This document shows, piece by piece, positions 20,525 to 31,335 of a stretch of DNA of 32,000 bases. How positions within the stretch are numbered: the stretch's first letter is position 1; each line of letters starts with the position of its first letter. Source of the stretch: Candidatus Saccharimonadota bacterium (lineage in GTDB: Bacteria; Pseudomonadota; Gammaproteobacteria; Enterobacterales; Enterobacteriaceae); assembly GCF_014857065.1 (NCBI RefSeq), contig NZ_CP046533.1:600001-632000 (forward strand), read 5' to 3'. The notes under the pieces were generated by a model, which did no database searches, was not told where the DNA came from, and worked only from the letters and a program-made list of their open reading frames with translations. The position numbers were made by a program, and so were the translations under genes.

Positions 20525-21682
20525 ATGATTTTTATTAAAAAAAAAGTTAATTTACTTGATTTGAATCGTGAAAAGTTACATTCTTTTTTAGTGACTTTAG
20601 GAGAACAATCTTTTCGAGTTAATCAAATAATGAAATGGATTTACCATTATTATTGTGATGATTTTGATATAATGATTAATATCAAAAAATCTTTACGTGA
20701 TAAATTAAAAATGATTGCTGAAATTCGTCCTCCTGATGTTATTGAGGGATATTGTTCTTCTGATGGAACTTTGAAATGGATAATGCGAGTTGGAACGCAA
20801 CAAGTTGAGACGGTTTTAATTCCTGAAGTTAATCGTTTAACTCTGTGTATTTCTTCTCAAGTTGGATGTAAATTGCGATGTAGTTTTTGTTCTACAGGTA
20901 AACAAGGGTTCAATCGTAATTTGCTTGTATCAGAAATTGTTGGTCAATTATGGAATATAGGTAAGATGATTAAGGATAAGAAAATTATTTGTCGTTCTTC
21001 TATAACTAATGTAGTTTTTATGGGTATGGGAGAGCCTTTATTAAATATTAATAATGTTGCTTCAGCTATAGAAATTATGTTAGATGCTTTTGGCTTTGGT
21101 TTATCTAAGAGACATGTAGTTGTTTCTACTTCTGGTGTAGTATCTGGGTTGGACAAATTTATTAATATGATTGATGTAGCTTTAGCTATTTCTCTTCATG
21201 CACCTAATGACGTGATACGTAGTAAACTTATGCCTGTTAATGATAAATACAACATTAATGATCTTTTGTTATCTGTTCGTCGTTATTTATTTAAATCTAA
21301 AGCTGCTCATGGTAAAATTATGATAGAATATGTTATGTTAAATCGCGTTAACGATTGCGTGAAACATGCGCATGAATTGGCGAATCGTTTATTAAATATT
21401 CCTTGTAAAATTAATTTGATCCCATGGAATAATGTTCCAGGCATTTCTTATACGTGTAGTTCTATTTCGCGTATTAATCGTTTTGCTAAAATTTTGATTG
21501 GATATGGTTTAGTTGCTGTTATTCGTAAGATTAGAGGCATTGATATTAATGCAGCTTGTGGGCAATTGACAGGAAAGTTACGTATGATTCCGGTGTATCA
21601 GATTGTAAATATTATTAGTTATTATTTTTTAGTATTTGTTTCTGTAATAGTAGTTTTTGTTGATTTTATTTCGTTTTTGTAA
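20525..21682 (+). CDS. rlmN: 23S rRNA/tRNA (adenine-C2) methyltransferase RlmN (radical SAM)
   Basis: [18 protein letters not shown], the radical-SAM box [11 protein letters not shown], the conserved Cys in [10 protein letters not shown], and DINAACGQL all match RlmN. The ORF opens at TTG 20480, overlapping the ndk stop. The ATG at 20525 gives an E. coli-like length. Confidence 0.93.
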   Translation: MIFIKKKVNLLDLNREKLHSFLVTLGEQSFRVNQIMKWIYHYYCDDFDIMINIKKSLRDKLKMIAEIRPPDVIEGYCSSDGTLKWIMRVGTQQVETVLIPEVNRLTLCISSQVGCKLRCSFCSTGKQGFNRNLLVSEIVGQLWNIGKMIKDKKIICRSSITNVVFMGMGEPLLNINNVASAIEIMLDAFGFGLSKRHVVVSTSGVVSGLDKFINMIDVALAISLHAPNDVIRSKLMPVNDKYNINDLLLSVRRYLFKSKAAHGKIMIEYVMLNRVNDCVKHAHELANRLLNIPCKINLIPWNNVPGISYTCSSISRINRFAKILIGYGLVAVIRKIRGIDINAACGQLTGKLRMIPVYQIVNIISYYFLVFVSVIVVFVDFISFL

Positions 21683-21817
21683 AATTGCGTTGTAATTAAA
21701 TAGTTATTTTATTTAGCTATTGTAAATCTAGTTGTAGGTTACTTATTTTGAAGTATTTTATTTCATAAAAATTATTTTTTTGTTGCTACAATCAGGTAAT
21801 AATTAATAGAGTAGTTG

Positions 21818-22300
21818 ATGCAGTACGATAATAATCAAAAACAGGAAATAATTAATGTAGGAGAACGTTTACGAAATGCTCGTGAGAGTATGGGTCTAAG
21901 TCAGCAGGCTGTTGCTGATAGATTGTATTTAAAGATTTCTACTATTAGAGGAATTGAGAAAAATTATGTTCATCCAAATGTTGCATTAATATTTTTTCAT
22001 GGATATATTCGTTCCTATGCTAAATTAGTGCATATTTCTGAAAAAGAGATAATGTGTATGTTATCTCATCAGAAAACACCGATTATGTCTTTAAAGCTGA
22101 TGAAGCATCGTATTGTTTCTTCAGAAAAAATAGGTTTGTTCAAATATCGTTGGTTAATACGGATTATTTGGTCTATTTTTTTTATATTTATTGGATTGGT
22201 ATTTATTTATTTATGGCATATTTATCAGGTAAATCAACAGAATAATATTATTAATAATCATGAGCAATTTTTTGATTATTTTAAGAATAATAAAGAATAA
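21818..22300 (+). CDS. rodZ: Cytoskeleton protein RodZ, truncated form (HTH + TM only)
   Basis: The N-terminal Xre-type HTH (G.RLRNARE..GLSQQAVA.RL.LK.ST.R.IE, GYIRSYA.LVHI) and a single TM helix (WLIRIIWSIFFIFIGLVFIYLW) match E. coli RodZ residues ~1-135. The protein is about 160 aa versus 337 aa in E. coli. It keeps the syntenic position between rlmN and ispG. Confidence 0.85.
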   Translation: MQYDNNQKQEIINVGERLRNARESMGLSQQAVADRLYLKISTIRGIEKNYVHPNVALIFFHGYIRSYAKLVHISEKEIMCMLSHQKTPIMSLKLMKHRIVSSEKIGLFKYRWLIRIIWSIFFIFIGLVFIYLWHIYQVNQQNNIINNHEQFFDYFKNNKE

Positions 22301-22404
22301 TAAGTAAATATTTATAGGTAATTTGTTGTCATTTGAGAGGAAGTTTGAGTTCTTTTGTTTGAGATCGCATGAATGTTATTTTAATTAATTAATGTGAATA
22401 AATA

Positions 22405-23523
22405 ATGCAGAAATTTTTAAATATTGCTCGAAGGAAATCAAAACGAATTTATGTTGGTAAAGTTCCAATTGGTGGTGGAGCTCCTATAACTGTACAATCA
22501 ATGTTGAATACTTGTACTACAGATATTGAATCTACTATAAGACAGATTCGTACGTTAGAAAGTTTAGGAGTTGATATTGTACGCATTGCAGTACCTACTT
22601 TGGAGGCGGCAGAAGCCTTTAAAATTATTAAACAACAAGTTACGGTACCTTTGATAGCGGATATTCATTTTGATTATCGTATTGCATTAAAAGTAGCTGA
22701 ATATGGAGCGGATTGTTTGCGAATTAATCCGGGTAATATTGGTAATATAACTCGTATTAGTTCGGTAGTAGAATCTGCAAAAGATAGAAATATTCCAATA
22801 CGTATTGGTGTAAATGCTGGTTCACTTGAAAGAGATTTGCAAAAAAAATTTGCAGGACCTACATTAGATGCTTTATTGGCATCTGCTATGCGTCATGTTG
22901 ATATTTTAGATAAATTAAATTTTGATCAATTTAAGGTAAGTATTAAGTCAACTGATGTGTTTTTGACTATAGAAGCGTATAGAAGGTTAGCTACTGAAAT
23001 TGATCAGCCACTGCATTTAGGATTAACTGAGGCGGGCGGTTTTCGTAGTGGAACTGTGAAATCTTCAATTGCTTTAGGATTATTATTAATGGAGGGTATC
23101 GGAGATACTTTAAGAATATCATTAGCTGCTGATCCTATGGAAGAAGTAAAGGTTGCTTATGATATACTTAGATCATTACGTATTCGTTCACGAGGTATTA
23201 ATTTTATTGCATGTCCAACTTGTTCTCGTCAAGAATTTGATGTTATAAAGACAGTGAATGTTCTTGAAGAAAAATTGCAAGATGTTATAACTCCAATGGA
23301 TATTTCAATTATTGGTTGTGTTGTTAATGGTCCTGGAGAAGCAATGCTTTCTACTATTGGGGTGGCAGGTGGTCGTGATACTAGTGCTTTTTATGAAGAT
23401 GGGGTGCGACAAAAGCAACGTTTTGATAATGCATCCTTAATTGATCAACTAGAGATTCAAATTCGAAAAAAAGCAAAGTTAATAGAAGAACGGAATATTA
23501 TTAAAACTCGTGTAATAGAATAA
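22405..23523 (+). CDS. ispG: 4-hydroxy-3-methylbut-2-en-1-yl diphosphate synthase
   Basis: 372 aa, the same length as E. coli IspG. It is highly conserved, with the Fe-S ligands [10 protein letters not shown] and [10 protein letters not shown]. Confidence 0.97.
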   Translation: MQKFLNIARRKSKRIYVGKVPIGGGAPITVQSMLNTCTTDIESTIRQIRTLESLGVDIVRIAVPTLEAAEAFKIIKQQVTVPLIADIHFDYRIALKVAEYGADCLRINPGNIGNITRISSVVESAKDRNIPIRIGVNAGSLERDLQKKFAGPTLDALLASAMRHVDILDKLNFDQFKVSIKSTDVFLTIEAYRRLATEIDQPLHLGLTEAGGFRSGTVKSSIALGLLLMEGIGDTLRISLAADPMEEVKVAYDILRSLRIRSRGINFIACPTCSRQEFDVIKTVNVLEEKLQDVITPMDISIIGCVVNGPGEAMLSTIGVAGGRDTSAFYEDGVRQKQRFDNASLIDQLEIQIRKKAKLIEERNIIKTRVIE

Positions 23524-23550
23524 TATCTTGAATATAAGAAATGTGCAAAT

Positions 23551-24840
23551 ATGATAACTAATGACATAATTAGATCGATACGAGGAATGTATGATTGTTT
23601 ACCAAAAGATACGTTTTTATGGCGATATATTGAGGATACTATTAAAGATATTTTAATTACTTATGGTTATAACGAAATTAGGTTACCTATTTTAGAGCAG
23701 ACTTCTTTATTTAATCGTGCTATAGGTGAAGGAACGGATGTAGTAACAAAGGAAATGTATAGTTTTTTAGACCGTAATGGTATTAGTTTAACATTACGTC
23801 CTGAAGGAACAGCTGGGTGTGTACGTGCGGGAATAGAGCATGGTTTATTTTTAAATAGAGAACAGCGTCTGTGGTATATAGGTCCAATGTTTCGATATGA
23901 ACGTCCGCAATTGGGGCGTTATCGTCAATTCCATCAATTAAATGTTGAAGTTTTTGGCCAACAAGGACCTGATATTGATTTTGAATTGATTATGATGACT
24001 TATCGTTGGTGGCGTATATTAGGGATTGATGATCATGTATCTTTAGAGTTAAATTCTATTGGTTCTTTAAAAACTAGATTTTTTTATCGTAAGCTATTAG
24101 TTGATTTTTTGACGCCATATTTAAATAATCTTGATAGTGATGCTTTGCGTTGTTTTTATTCTAATCCTATACGTTTATTAGATACGAAAAATATTAATTT
24201 ACGAAATTTACTTAATGATGCTCCATCACTTTTAGATTATTTAGATGAAAATTCGCGGATTCATTTTTCTAAATTATGTCAATTATTAGATTTCACTGAT
24301 ATAAAATATAAAATTAATCCTCGTTTGGTGCGTGGTTTAGATTATTATAATAATACAGTTTTTGAATGGATTACTGATAGTTTAGGTTCTCATGAAACTG
24401 TATGTGCAGGAGGGCGTTATGATGCTTTAGTAGAACAGTTAGGTGGTAAAAAAACTCCTGCTATAGGTTTTGCTTTAGGATTGGAAAGGCTATTTTTATT
24501 ACTAAGTAAGGTTAAGGCCATTCCCGTCATGAATGTATTTTCTCGATTAGATATATATTTAATGTCTCTGAATGAATTAATGAAAGTTAAAGTAATATTG
24601 TTAGCTGAAAGTATTAGGGATACTTTGCCTTCTTTACGCATAATAGTTAATCATGGTGGAGGAAGTTTAAAGAAACAATTTAGTCGTGCTAATAAATTGG
24701 GAGCTCGTGTTGCTTTGGTTGTAGGTGAAAAGGAATGTTTGATTAATAGTATTCTTATTAAGAATTTAGATTCTGGCGAGCAAGAAATATTAGAAGAAAA
24801 TGATCTTATGATACGTTTAAGATCAATATTTAAATTATAA
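23551..24840 (+). CDS. hisS: Histidine--tRNA ligase
   Basis: 429 aa with class-II motifs: [28 protein letters not shown], and GGRYD...GFA.G.ERL. Confidence 0.97.
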   Translation: MITNDIIRSIRGMYDCLPKDTFLWRYIEDTIKDILITYGYNEIRLPILEQTSLFNRAIGEGTDVVTKEMYSFLDRNGISLTLRPEGTAGCVRAGIEHGLFLNREQRLWYIGPMFRYERPQLGRYRQFHQLNVEVFGQQGPDIDFELIMMTYRWWRILGIDDHVSLELNSIGSLKTRFFYRKLLVDFLTPYLNNLDSDALRCFYSNPIRLLDTKNINLRNLLNDAPSLLDYLDENSRIHFSKLCQLLDFTDIKYKINPRLVRGLDYYNNTVFEWITDSLGSHETVCAGGRYDALVEQLGGKKTPAIGFALGLERLFLLLSKVKAIPVMNVFSRLDIYLMSLNELMKVKVILLAESIRDTLPSLRIIVNHGGGSLKKQFSRANKLGARVALVVGEKECLINSILIKNLDSGEQEILEENDLMIRLRSIFKL

Positions 24841-24895
24841 ATTTTGAGTAGTTGACATAATTTTGAATGGTTTATTAAATGAAATGGATGTGTAA

Positions 24896-26098
24896 TTGTT
24901 TATTTTTTTATATTTGACATTGTATTTAGTGTTTTTTTTTTCTGGGGATTGTCTATCTTGTATTCGTGAACAAGGTATGATAGAGACATTTCCACAAACT
25001 GTAGATCATCAGTTAAAATTGACCAAATTGTGGGAAATGTCACCAGATTTTAATTTTGTTAAACATTGTTCTGATTTATATTTTATTTCGCAGGATGCAA
25101 ATCTTTTTGTAGCTAGTCGTCGTGGTATAATAAAAAAAATAAATATTTATAATGGACATGTTATTTGGTCGATTAATTTATCAGTTTCCAAAAAAATGCA
25201 ATTATGTAATTTTTCTGTTTTGTTGTCTGGAGGTTTAATAATTTCAGATGATATTCTTTATATCGGAAGTGAATTATCTCGAATATATGCAATATGTGCA
25301 AAAACTGGTAAAGTTCTTTGGGAGGTGAGAGTTGCTGGAGGGGTTTTATCTTCACCAGTTATTAGTGGAGATCTATTATTAATTAATACTTGTGTCGGTA
25401 TATTGCAAGCATTAAATAAATATGATGGTTCTATTAGATGGAGTATAAGTTTCAGTCTTCCTTTGTTTAGTTTTCGAAGTAAAGCTAACCCTATTATAGT
25501 ATCTGATGTTGCTATAATTGCTAATGATAATGGTATAATCAATGCTATATTAGTTAATGAAGGTAAAATACTTTGGGAACAAAAAATTTTCGATATATAT
25601 AAGTCAAAAGAATTTTTTTTCTTAAATGCTATTCAATTAACGCCTATAGTAATTGGTAATACTATTTATGCCCAGGCTTACAATAGTAGATTAGTTGCAT
25701 TAGATGTTGATTCTGGTCAAATAATTTGGCGTTCTAAAATAGATGGAATAAAAAATATCATAACAATTGGTTATATATTATATATAATAGATCAAGATGA
25801 TCAAGTTATTGCTGTTGATGCACATAATGGTAAAATTTTATGGAAACAGGATTTTTTTCTATATAAACATTTAACTGCTCCAGTAGTATATAATGATAAT
25901 TATTTGTTTGTGGGAGATAGAAAAGGTTTTGTGTATTTAATAAATATGAACAATGGTAATATTGCTTTTCAGAAAAAAATTAGTTCTTTTAGAAAAAGTA
26001 GTCGTCTTGTGCTTGTTGCAGATAATATATTAATAGTGCTATTAAAAAATTGTAGAATTTCTGTGTTTTTGTATATGGTTACAGATAATTTTGATTAA
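24896..26098 (+). CDS. bamB: Outer-membrane protein assembly factor BamB (YfgL), PQQ-like beta-propeller
   Basis: 400 aa, collinear with E. coli BamB (LLSGG....D..YIGSE....YA......G...W...VAG..LS.PV.S, LD..SGQI.W). It has a TTG start, with an in-frame TAA immediately upstream, and a hydrophobic N-terminal signal-like segment. Confidence 0.88.
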   Translation: MFIFLYLTLYLVFFFSGDCLSCIREQGMIETFPQTVDHQLKLTKLWEMSPDFNFVKHCSDLYFISQDANLFVASRRGIIKKINIYNGHVIWSINLSVSKKMQLCNFSVLLSGGLIISDDILYIGSELSRIYAICAKTGKVLWEVRVAGGVLSSPVISGDLLLINTCVGILQALNKYDGSIRWSISFSLPLFSFRSKANPIIVSDVAIIANDNGIINAILVNEGKILWEQKIFDIYKSKEFFFLNAIQLTPIVIGNTIYAQAYNSRLVALDVDSGQIIWRSKIDGIKNIITIGYILYIIDQDDQVIAVDAHNGKILWKQDFFLYKHLTAPVVYNDNYLFVGDRKGFVYLINMNNGNIAFQKKISSFRKSSRLVLVADNILIVLLKNCRISVFLYMVTDNFD

Positions 26099-26149
26099 AT
26101 TTTATATTGAGTTTATGTCATTAAATAATATACGTGATTTGATGTAGTT

Positions 26150-27556
26150 ATGACTTTTCTTATACCGTTAATTGGTCGATTAAATGTTGGTAAATCTTTA
26201 TTATTTAATCGTTTAACACGTACGCAGGATGCATTAGTTGCAGATTATTTTGGTTTAACTCGTGATCTTAAGTATGGTGATGTCAAGTGGTGTGGATATC
26301 ATTTTATTTTTGTTGATACTGGAGGTATTAGTAAAAAATCAAGTTGTAAGATTAGTTCTTGTATAGTTGAACAATCATTTATGGTTGTTAAAGAAGCACA
26401 TTTAATTTTGTTTATTGTAGATTTTTATACAGGATTGATAGATGAAGATAGAAATATTGTTAAGTATCTATGTCAATTTAAAAAATATATAATTTTAGTT
26501 ATTAATAAAGTAGATCATGTTAATGACAGTTTTGTTATAGATAGTTTTCGTGGTCTTGGTATTGCACAGATTGTTCCTGTGTCTGCTTCTTCTGGTTTTG
26601 GTATTAAAAATTTATTAAAACAGATAATATCTGTTATAAATATTAATTTTTCTTATACTAAAATTAAGTCAAAGATTATTTATAATAAAGAAAGAAAAGA
26701 AGTTATATCAAACAATAAAGAGTTGTTTTTAAGATCTCATCTCCTTCCAATTAAATTAGCTATTGTTGGTAGACCTAATGTTGGTAAATCTACCCTTGTA
26801 AATTGTATTTTAAATAAAAAAAGAATGTTAGTATGTGATATTCCAGGTACTACACGCGATTGTGTACATACATCTATGATTTATAATGGTTGTCATTACA
26901 TTTTAGTTGATACTCCTGGGGTGCGTAAAAGAAGTAAAATATTAGATAAAATGGAGAAGTTTTTTATTAGAAGAACTTTACAAGTTATTAAAAATGTTAA
27001 CGTTATATTATTTATTTTAGACGCTAACGATGGAATTGTTGATCAAGATTTATCTTTATTGCGTTTTATTCTTAATCAAAATAAGTCATTAGTGATTGTT
27101 GTAAACAAATGGGACTCTATATTAGTTGGCATGCGAGAAAAAATAAAGAATATTATAAATCATCGTATTAACTTTATTAATTTTGTTCAAATACATTTTA
27201 TTTCTGCATTAAATAATATTGGTATTGATGATGTCATGTGTTCTGTTTTTGATGTATATCAATCTTCTTTTAAACATATCGGTACTGCTTATTTGAATAA
27301 GTTAATGCAAAATGCTGTTGATATACATAAACCTCCATTAGTACGCGGTAAACCTATTCAATTAAAATATGTTCATATGGGTGGTCGCGACCCTCTTATT
27401 ATAGTGATTCATGGTATTAGAGTTAAATATTTAACCCATCATTATAAACGTTATGTAATTAATTATTTTATTCGTTTATTACGTATAAAGGGTGCAGCTA
27501 TTAAAATTATATTTAATGAAATAGATCGTTCTTCTTCTTTGGGGAAATTACATTAA
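26150..27556 (+). CDS. der: Ribosome-biogenesis GTPase Der (EngA)
   Basis: 468 aa with two tandem GTPase domains (GR.NVGKS / DTGG / NKVD, and GRPNVGKST / DTPG / NKWD) plus a KH-like C-terminal domain. The Lys/Arg-rich C-terminal tail of E. coli Der (~20 aa) is absent. Confidence 0.95.
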   Translation: MTFLIPLIGRLNVGKSLLFNRLTRTQDALVADYFGLTRDLKYGDVKWCGYHFIFVDTGGISKKSSCKISSCIVEQSFMVVKEAHLILFIVDFYTGLIDEDRNIVKYLCQFKKYIILVINKVDHVNDSFVIDSFRGLGIAQIVPVSASSGFGIKNLLKQIISVININFSYTKIKSKIIYNKERKEVISNNKELFLRSHLLPIKLAIVGRPNVGKSTLVNCILNKKRMLVCDIPGTTRDCVHTSMIYNGCHYILVDTPGVRKRSKILDKMEKFFIRRTLQVIKNVNVILFILDANDGIVDQDLSLLRFILNQNKSLVIVVNKWDSILVGMREKIKNIINHRINFINFVQIHFISALNNIGIDDVMCSVFDVYQSSFKHIGTAYLNKLMQNAVDIHKPPLVRGKPIQLKYVHMGGRDPLIIVIHGIRVKYLTHHYKRYVINYFIRLLRIKGAAIKIIFNEIDRSSSLGKLH

Positions 27557-27589
27557 ATTTGAGAATATAAATTTTACAAATAGTTGATT

Positions 27590-29155
27590 TTATTTGCTAT
27601 CATTTAAATTTATTTTGATATTTGTTAGTTCTAAAATAGAACACACATACTGACGTATTTCATTTGTTAGAATTTCATTACCGTCAAGTTTTTGATTATA
27701 GGAGGGTATGATTATTTTTAATTTATTGTTCCATGATGTGGTATTTGTAGATTGTTGAAACATTTTGTTAATTATTTCTAACGATATAGATGCTGCAGTA
27801 GACGCTCCTGGGGAAGCTCCAAGTAATGCAATTAAAGTATTATCCGAAGAACTAATTAATTCAGTACCAAATTGTAAGGAGGCTCTTTTATTTTTGTTTT
27901 TTTTAATTATTTGTACACGTTGTCCAGCTTGTATTAATTTCCAATCTTTCAATTCAGCTTTTGGATAAAATTCTTTAAGAGCATTAATTTTATCCTTTTT
28001 GGTCATCATTAATTGATTAATCAGGTATTTAATTAATTTAAAATTATCGTACCCTGCTTCTAATAATGGTAGCAAATTATATCGGTTTAAAGAATAAAAT
28101 AGATCCAACCAGGAACCATATTTAAGAAATTTACTGTTAAAAGTAGCAAATGGTCCGAATAGTAGCATTTTTTCCCCATTAATGATTCTTGTATCCATAT
28201 GAGGTGCTGACATTGGAGGAGTGTTTGTAGGAGATTGAGTATATACTTTTGCTAAATGTTTATGTACAATCGTTTGGTTATTTGTAACTAAAAATTGACC
28301 TCCTACAGGAAAACCTGCATATTTGTTAATTTTTTTTATTCCTGTTGTTTGTAAAAGTTTTAAAGAAGCTCCTCCCGCTCCAATAAATATATAACGCGCA
28401 TGTATTTTTTTGTGTTTATTATTACTTGTACTTAAAGTCCAGGTGTCATTATTATCTTTTTTTATTTTGGTTATTTTATTTTTATAATAGATTTTAACGT
28501 TGTTATATCCTTGTAATTTATTTAATATTTGTTGAGTAATTTCTTCAAAATTTACATCAGTACCTGTTTTCATATAGGTTGCGGCTATTTTTTGATTGGG
28601 ATTGCGTCCATTTATAATTAACGGAGCCCATTCGTTGATTTTTTGGTGTTTTTCTGAATAATACATTCCTTTAAATAAGATGCTATTTTGTAGTTTTTGA
28701 AATCTATTTTGTAAAAAATTAATATTCTTTTTACCCCAAACTATACTCATGTGTGGTATATTGTTGATAAAAGATTTAGGGTTATTAAGAATTTTTTGTT
28801 TTACTAGATATGCCCAAAATTGTCGAGATATTTCAAACGATTCACTTATTTCTATTGCTTTATCAATATCTATTGATCCGTCTTCTTTTTCTTTTGTGTA
28901 GTTTAATTCGCAAAAAGCCGCATGACCGGTTCCCGCATTATTCCATACGTTGGAACTTTCCTGTGCTCCTTTTGCTAATTTTTCGTATATTTTAATAGTA
29001 AATTTTGGTTCAAGTATTTTTAAAAAAATACCTAATGTTGCGCTCATTATTCCTGCTCCAATTAACACGATATCTGTTGGGATATTGATATCGCATAATA
29101 CTTGTTTTGATGTATTATTGGACACATCAAATTCTGAGTGATAACATTTATCCAT
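27590..29155 (-). CDS. mqo: Malate:quinone oxidoreductase
   Basis: 521 aa, collinear with E. coli Mqo. Matching motifs are the FAD fold D.VLIGAGIMSATLG, WNNAGTGH, PHMS.VWG, GAGG..LKLLQ, GFPVGGQFL, FGPFATF and LLGASPGASTAA. Confidence 0.93.
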   Translation of the reverse strand: MDKCYHSEFDVSNNTSKQVLCDINIPTDIVLIGAGIMSATLGIFLKILEPKFTIKIYEKLAKGAQESSNVWNNAGTGHAAFCELNYTKEKEDGSIDIDKAIEISESFEISRQFWAYLVKQKILNNPKSFINNIPHMSIVWGKKNINFLQNRFQKLQNSILFKGMYYSEKHQKINEWAPLIINGRNPNQKIAATYMKTGTDVNFEEITQQILNKLQGYNNVKIYYKNKITKIKKDNNDTWTLSTSNNKHKKIHARYIFIGAGGASLKLLQTTGIKKINKYAGFPVGGQFLVTNNQTIVHKHLAKVYTQSPTNTPPMSAPHMDTRIINGEKMLLFGPFATFNSKFLKYGSWLDLFYSLNRYNLLPLLEAGYDNFKLIKYLINQLMMTKKDKINALKEFYPKAELKDWKLIQAGQRVQIIKKNKNKRASLQFGTELISSSDNTLIALLGASPGASTAASISLEIINKMFQQSTNTTSWNNKLKIIIPSYNQKLDGNEILTNEIRQYVCSILELTNIKINLNDSK

Positions 29156-29738
29156 AGATTTTCCTGTTTAATTAATAATTTTATTTTATACAATACGACG
29201 ATAGTATCATTATGTTTCTATTTCCTATTTTGGTAATAGACAAAAGGTACCGTAAATATTTTTAGTAAAAATAAAATAATAATATTGGCTAATTTGTTTA
29301 TTAGATTTATTTTATATTTATACTGCTATCTTGAATGTTATTTTAGTCAGTTAAAATATTTGTGCTATTTTTAAATATGTCAGTTTGTTGATTATAACTA
29401 AAATTTATAATTCTTAAATTACATGTTCATTTAAAATGTACATATGTTGTTAGTTGTTAGTACCTAATAATATTCTATAATTTAATGTAATTACAGTCTA
29501 TTATTGTTAAAATATTAAATGTTGTAGTTATTTAAGCTTTATTTGATTAAATTTATTCAATTTACATCATATTATACAATATCCTGTCATGTAATATTTT
29601 ATTTTATAATATTTATTAAGAAATTTAAATTATGTTTTGTGAATATACAACCTAATATTTTAGGTTAGAATTATATATAGATTTTTTTGTTTTGAATCCT
29701 AGTGCTACAAACTGTAGATTTGTTTTTTTTAGATTAAG

Positions 29739-29747
29739 TGTTATAAT
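29739..29747 (+). promoter_or_regulatory. Candidate extended -10 element (TGTTATAAT) upstream of guaB
   Basis: TGnTATAAT at 29739-29747, about 70 nt upstream of the guaB ATG, with a weak -35 (TTTGTT). A chance match is plausible in a 662-bp AT-rich spacer. Confidence 0.25.
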
Positions 29748-29817
29748 CTAAAATTGTATTTTCATCATAATTTTATTAATCGAGTAAAATTTGTAATTAT
29801 TTTAATAAATTTTAATT

Positions 29818-31284
29818 ATGTCGCGTATCTTAAAAGAAGCTTTAACTTTTGATGATGTACTGCTTGTACCTAGATCTTCTGCTGTATTACCTAGTATGGT
29901 AAATCTTAGCAGTCGATTAACTAAAAAGATTGTTCTTAATATTCCCGTGTTATCTTCAGCTATGGATACAGTTACTGAATCTCATTTAGCTATTGCTTTA
30001 GCGCAAGAAGGGGGTATTGGTTTTATTCATAAAAATATGTCTGTTGAACGTCAAGTTAAAGAAGTTATTCGTGTGAAACGTTATGAAAGTGGTATAGTTA
30101 CTAATCCTCAATGTGTCAGTCCTAATACTACATTACTACAAGTAAAAGAATTAACTCTTCGTAATGGATTTGGTGGATATCCAGTGATAATTGGAAAAAA
30201 ACAATTGGTAGGTATTATAACCGGTCGTGATATTCGTTTTATAAATAATTTAAATATGTTAGTATCAGAGGCGATGACTACTAAAGATAAGTTAGTGACC
30301 GTTCAAGAAGGAGAATCTCGTGAAGTTGTTATAAATAAAATGCATGAAAAACGTGTAGAAAAAGCATTGATAGTAGATAATAATTTTCATTTAGTAGGTA
30401 TGGTTACAGCTAAGGATTTTGAGAAGGCTGAACGTAAACCTAATGCCTGTAAGGATATGGAAGGTAGGTTATGTGTCGGAGCAGCAGTTGGTGTAAATGT
30501 TGCTACTACTGAGTATCAAATCGATAAATTAGTTGCAGCTGATGTTGATGTATTGTTAATTGATTCCTCTCATGGTCATTCTAAGTTAGTATTACAGTTT
30601 GTTAAAGATATTCGTATCAAATATCCTAATTTACCTATCATAGGTGGTAATGTAGTAACTGGTAAAGGAGCTCTTGCATTAGTAAGAGCTGGTGTAGATG
30701 CCGTCAAGGTAGGTATTGGTCCTGGCTCGATTTGTACCACCCGTATTGTTACGGGAGTTGGTATTCCTCAAATTACTGCTATTTTAGATGTAGCAGAAGC
30801 TTTGAAGGATATCGATATTCCAATTATTGCAGATGGAGGTATTAGATTTTCTGGAGATATTGCTAAAGCTATAGGTGCCGGTGCAGCTTGTGTGATGTTA
30901 GGTTCGTTATTTGCTGGTACTAAAGAATCTCCAGGACAAATGGAGTTTTATCAGGGTAGGTCTTTTAAAACTTATAGAGGCATGGGTTCTTTATCTGCTA
31001 TGTCTGATGGTTATGTAGATAGATATTTTAGTAGTAATGAATCTGTACGTAAATTAGTACCAGAGGGTATTGAAGGTAGAGTACCATATACAGGATCTTT
31101 AAAAGAGGTGGTTCATCAACTTATGGGAGGCGTGCGTTCTTGTATGGGCTTAATGGGTTGTAAGACTATTGATGATCTTCGTGCCAAAAGTAAATTTGTT
31201 CGTATTAGTAATGCTGGTATTAGAGAGAGTCATGTTCATGATGTTGTTATTACAAAAGAATCACCTAATTATCGTCTTGGATAG
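29818..31284 (+). CDS. guaB: IMP dehydrogenase
   Basis: 488 aa, the same length as the E. coli protein. The catalytic Cys loop [24 protein letters not shown] and the CBS pair are all present. Confidence 0.97.
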   Translation: MSRILKEALTFDDVLLVPRSSAVLPSMVNLSSRLTKKIVLNIPVLSSAMDTVTESHLAIALAQEGGIGFIHKNMSVERQVKEVIRVKRYESGIVTNPQCVSPNTTLLQVKELTLRNGFGGYPVIIGKKQLVGIITGRDIRFINNLNMLVSEAMTTKDKLVTVQEGESREVVINKMHEKRVEKALIVDNNFHLVGMVTAKDFEKAERKPNACKDMEGRLCVGAAVGVNVATTEYQIDKLVAADVDVLLIDSSHGHSKLVLQFVKDIRIKYPNLPIIGGNVVTGKGALALVRAGVDAVKVGIGPGSICTTRIVTGVGIPQITAILDVAEALKDIDIPIIADGGIRFSGDIAKAIGAGAACVMLGSLFAGTKESPGQMEFYQGRSFKTYRGMGSLSAMSDGYVDRYFSSNESVRKLVPEGIEGRVPYTGSLKEVVHQLMGGVRSCMGLMGCKTIDDLRAKSKFVRISNAGIRESHVHDVVITKESPNYRLG

Positions 31285-31335
31285 ACAAGATAAAATATAT
31301 TTATATAACTGAGTTTAGATCGTTATTATTTAGAT

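Noticed and set aside
22054-22245. 63-aa plus-strand ORF overlapping rodZ in another frame, with a hydrophobic stretch.
   Set aside because: The main frame aligns to E. coli RodZ through the HTH and TM helix. The alternative frame is hydrophobic only because it reads the same T-rich TM-coding DNA. It has no start context or homology.
27765-29141. Three plus-strand ORFs antisense to mqo. Similar antisense or alt-frame ORFs occur at 1530-1721, 4238-4447, 6429-6695, 7367-7591, 11231-11446, 11557-11754, 14517-14708, 15296-15478, 20944-21156, 24417-24641 and 25173-25542.
   Set aside because: Each is nested within a well-supported conserved gene on the other strand or frame. Their composition is low-complexity (F/L/I/K-rich), and none resembles a known family.
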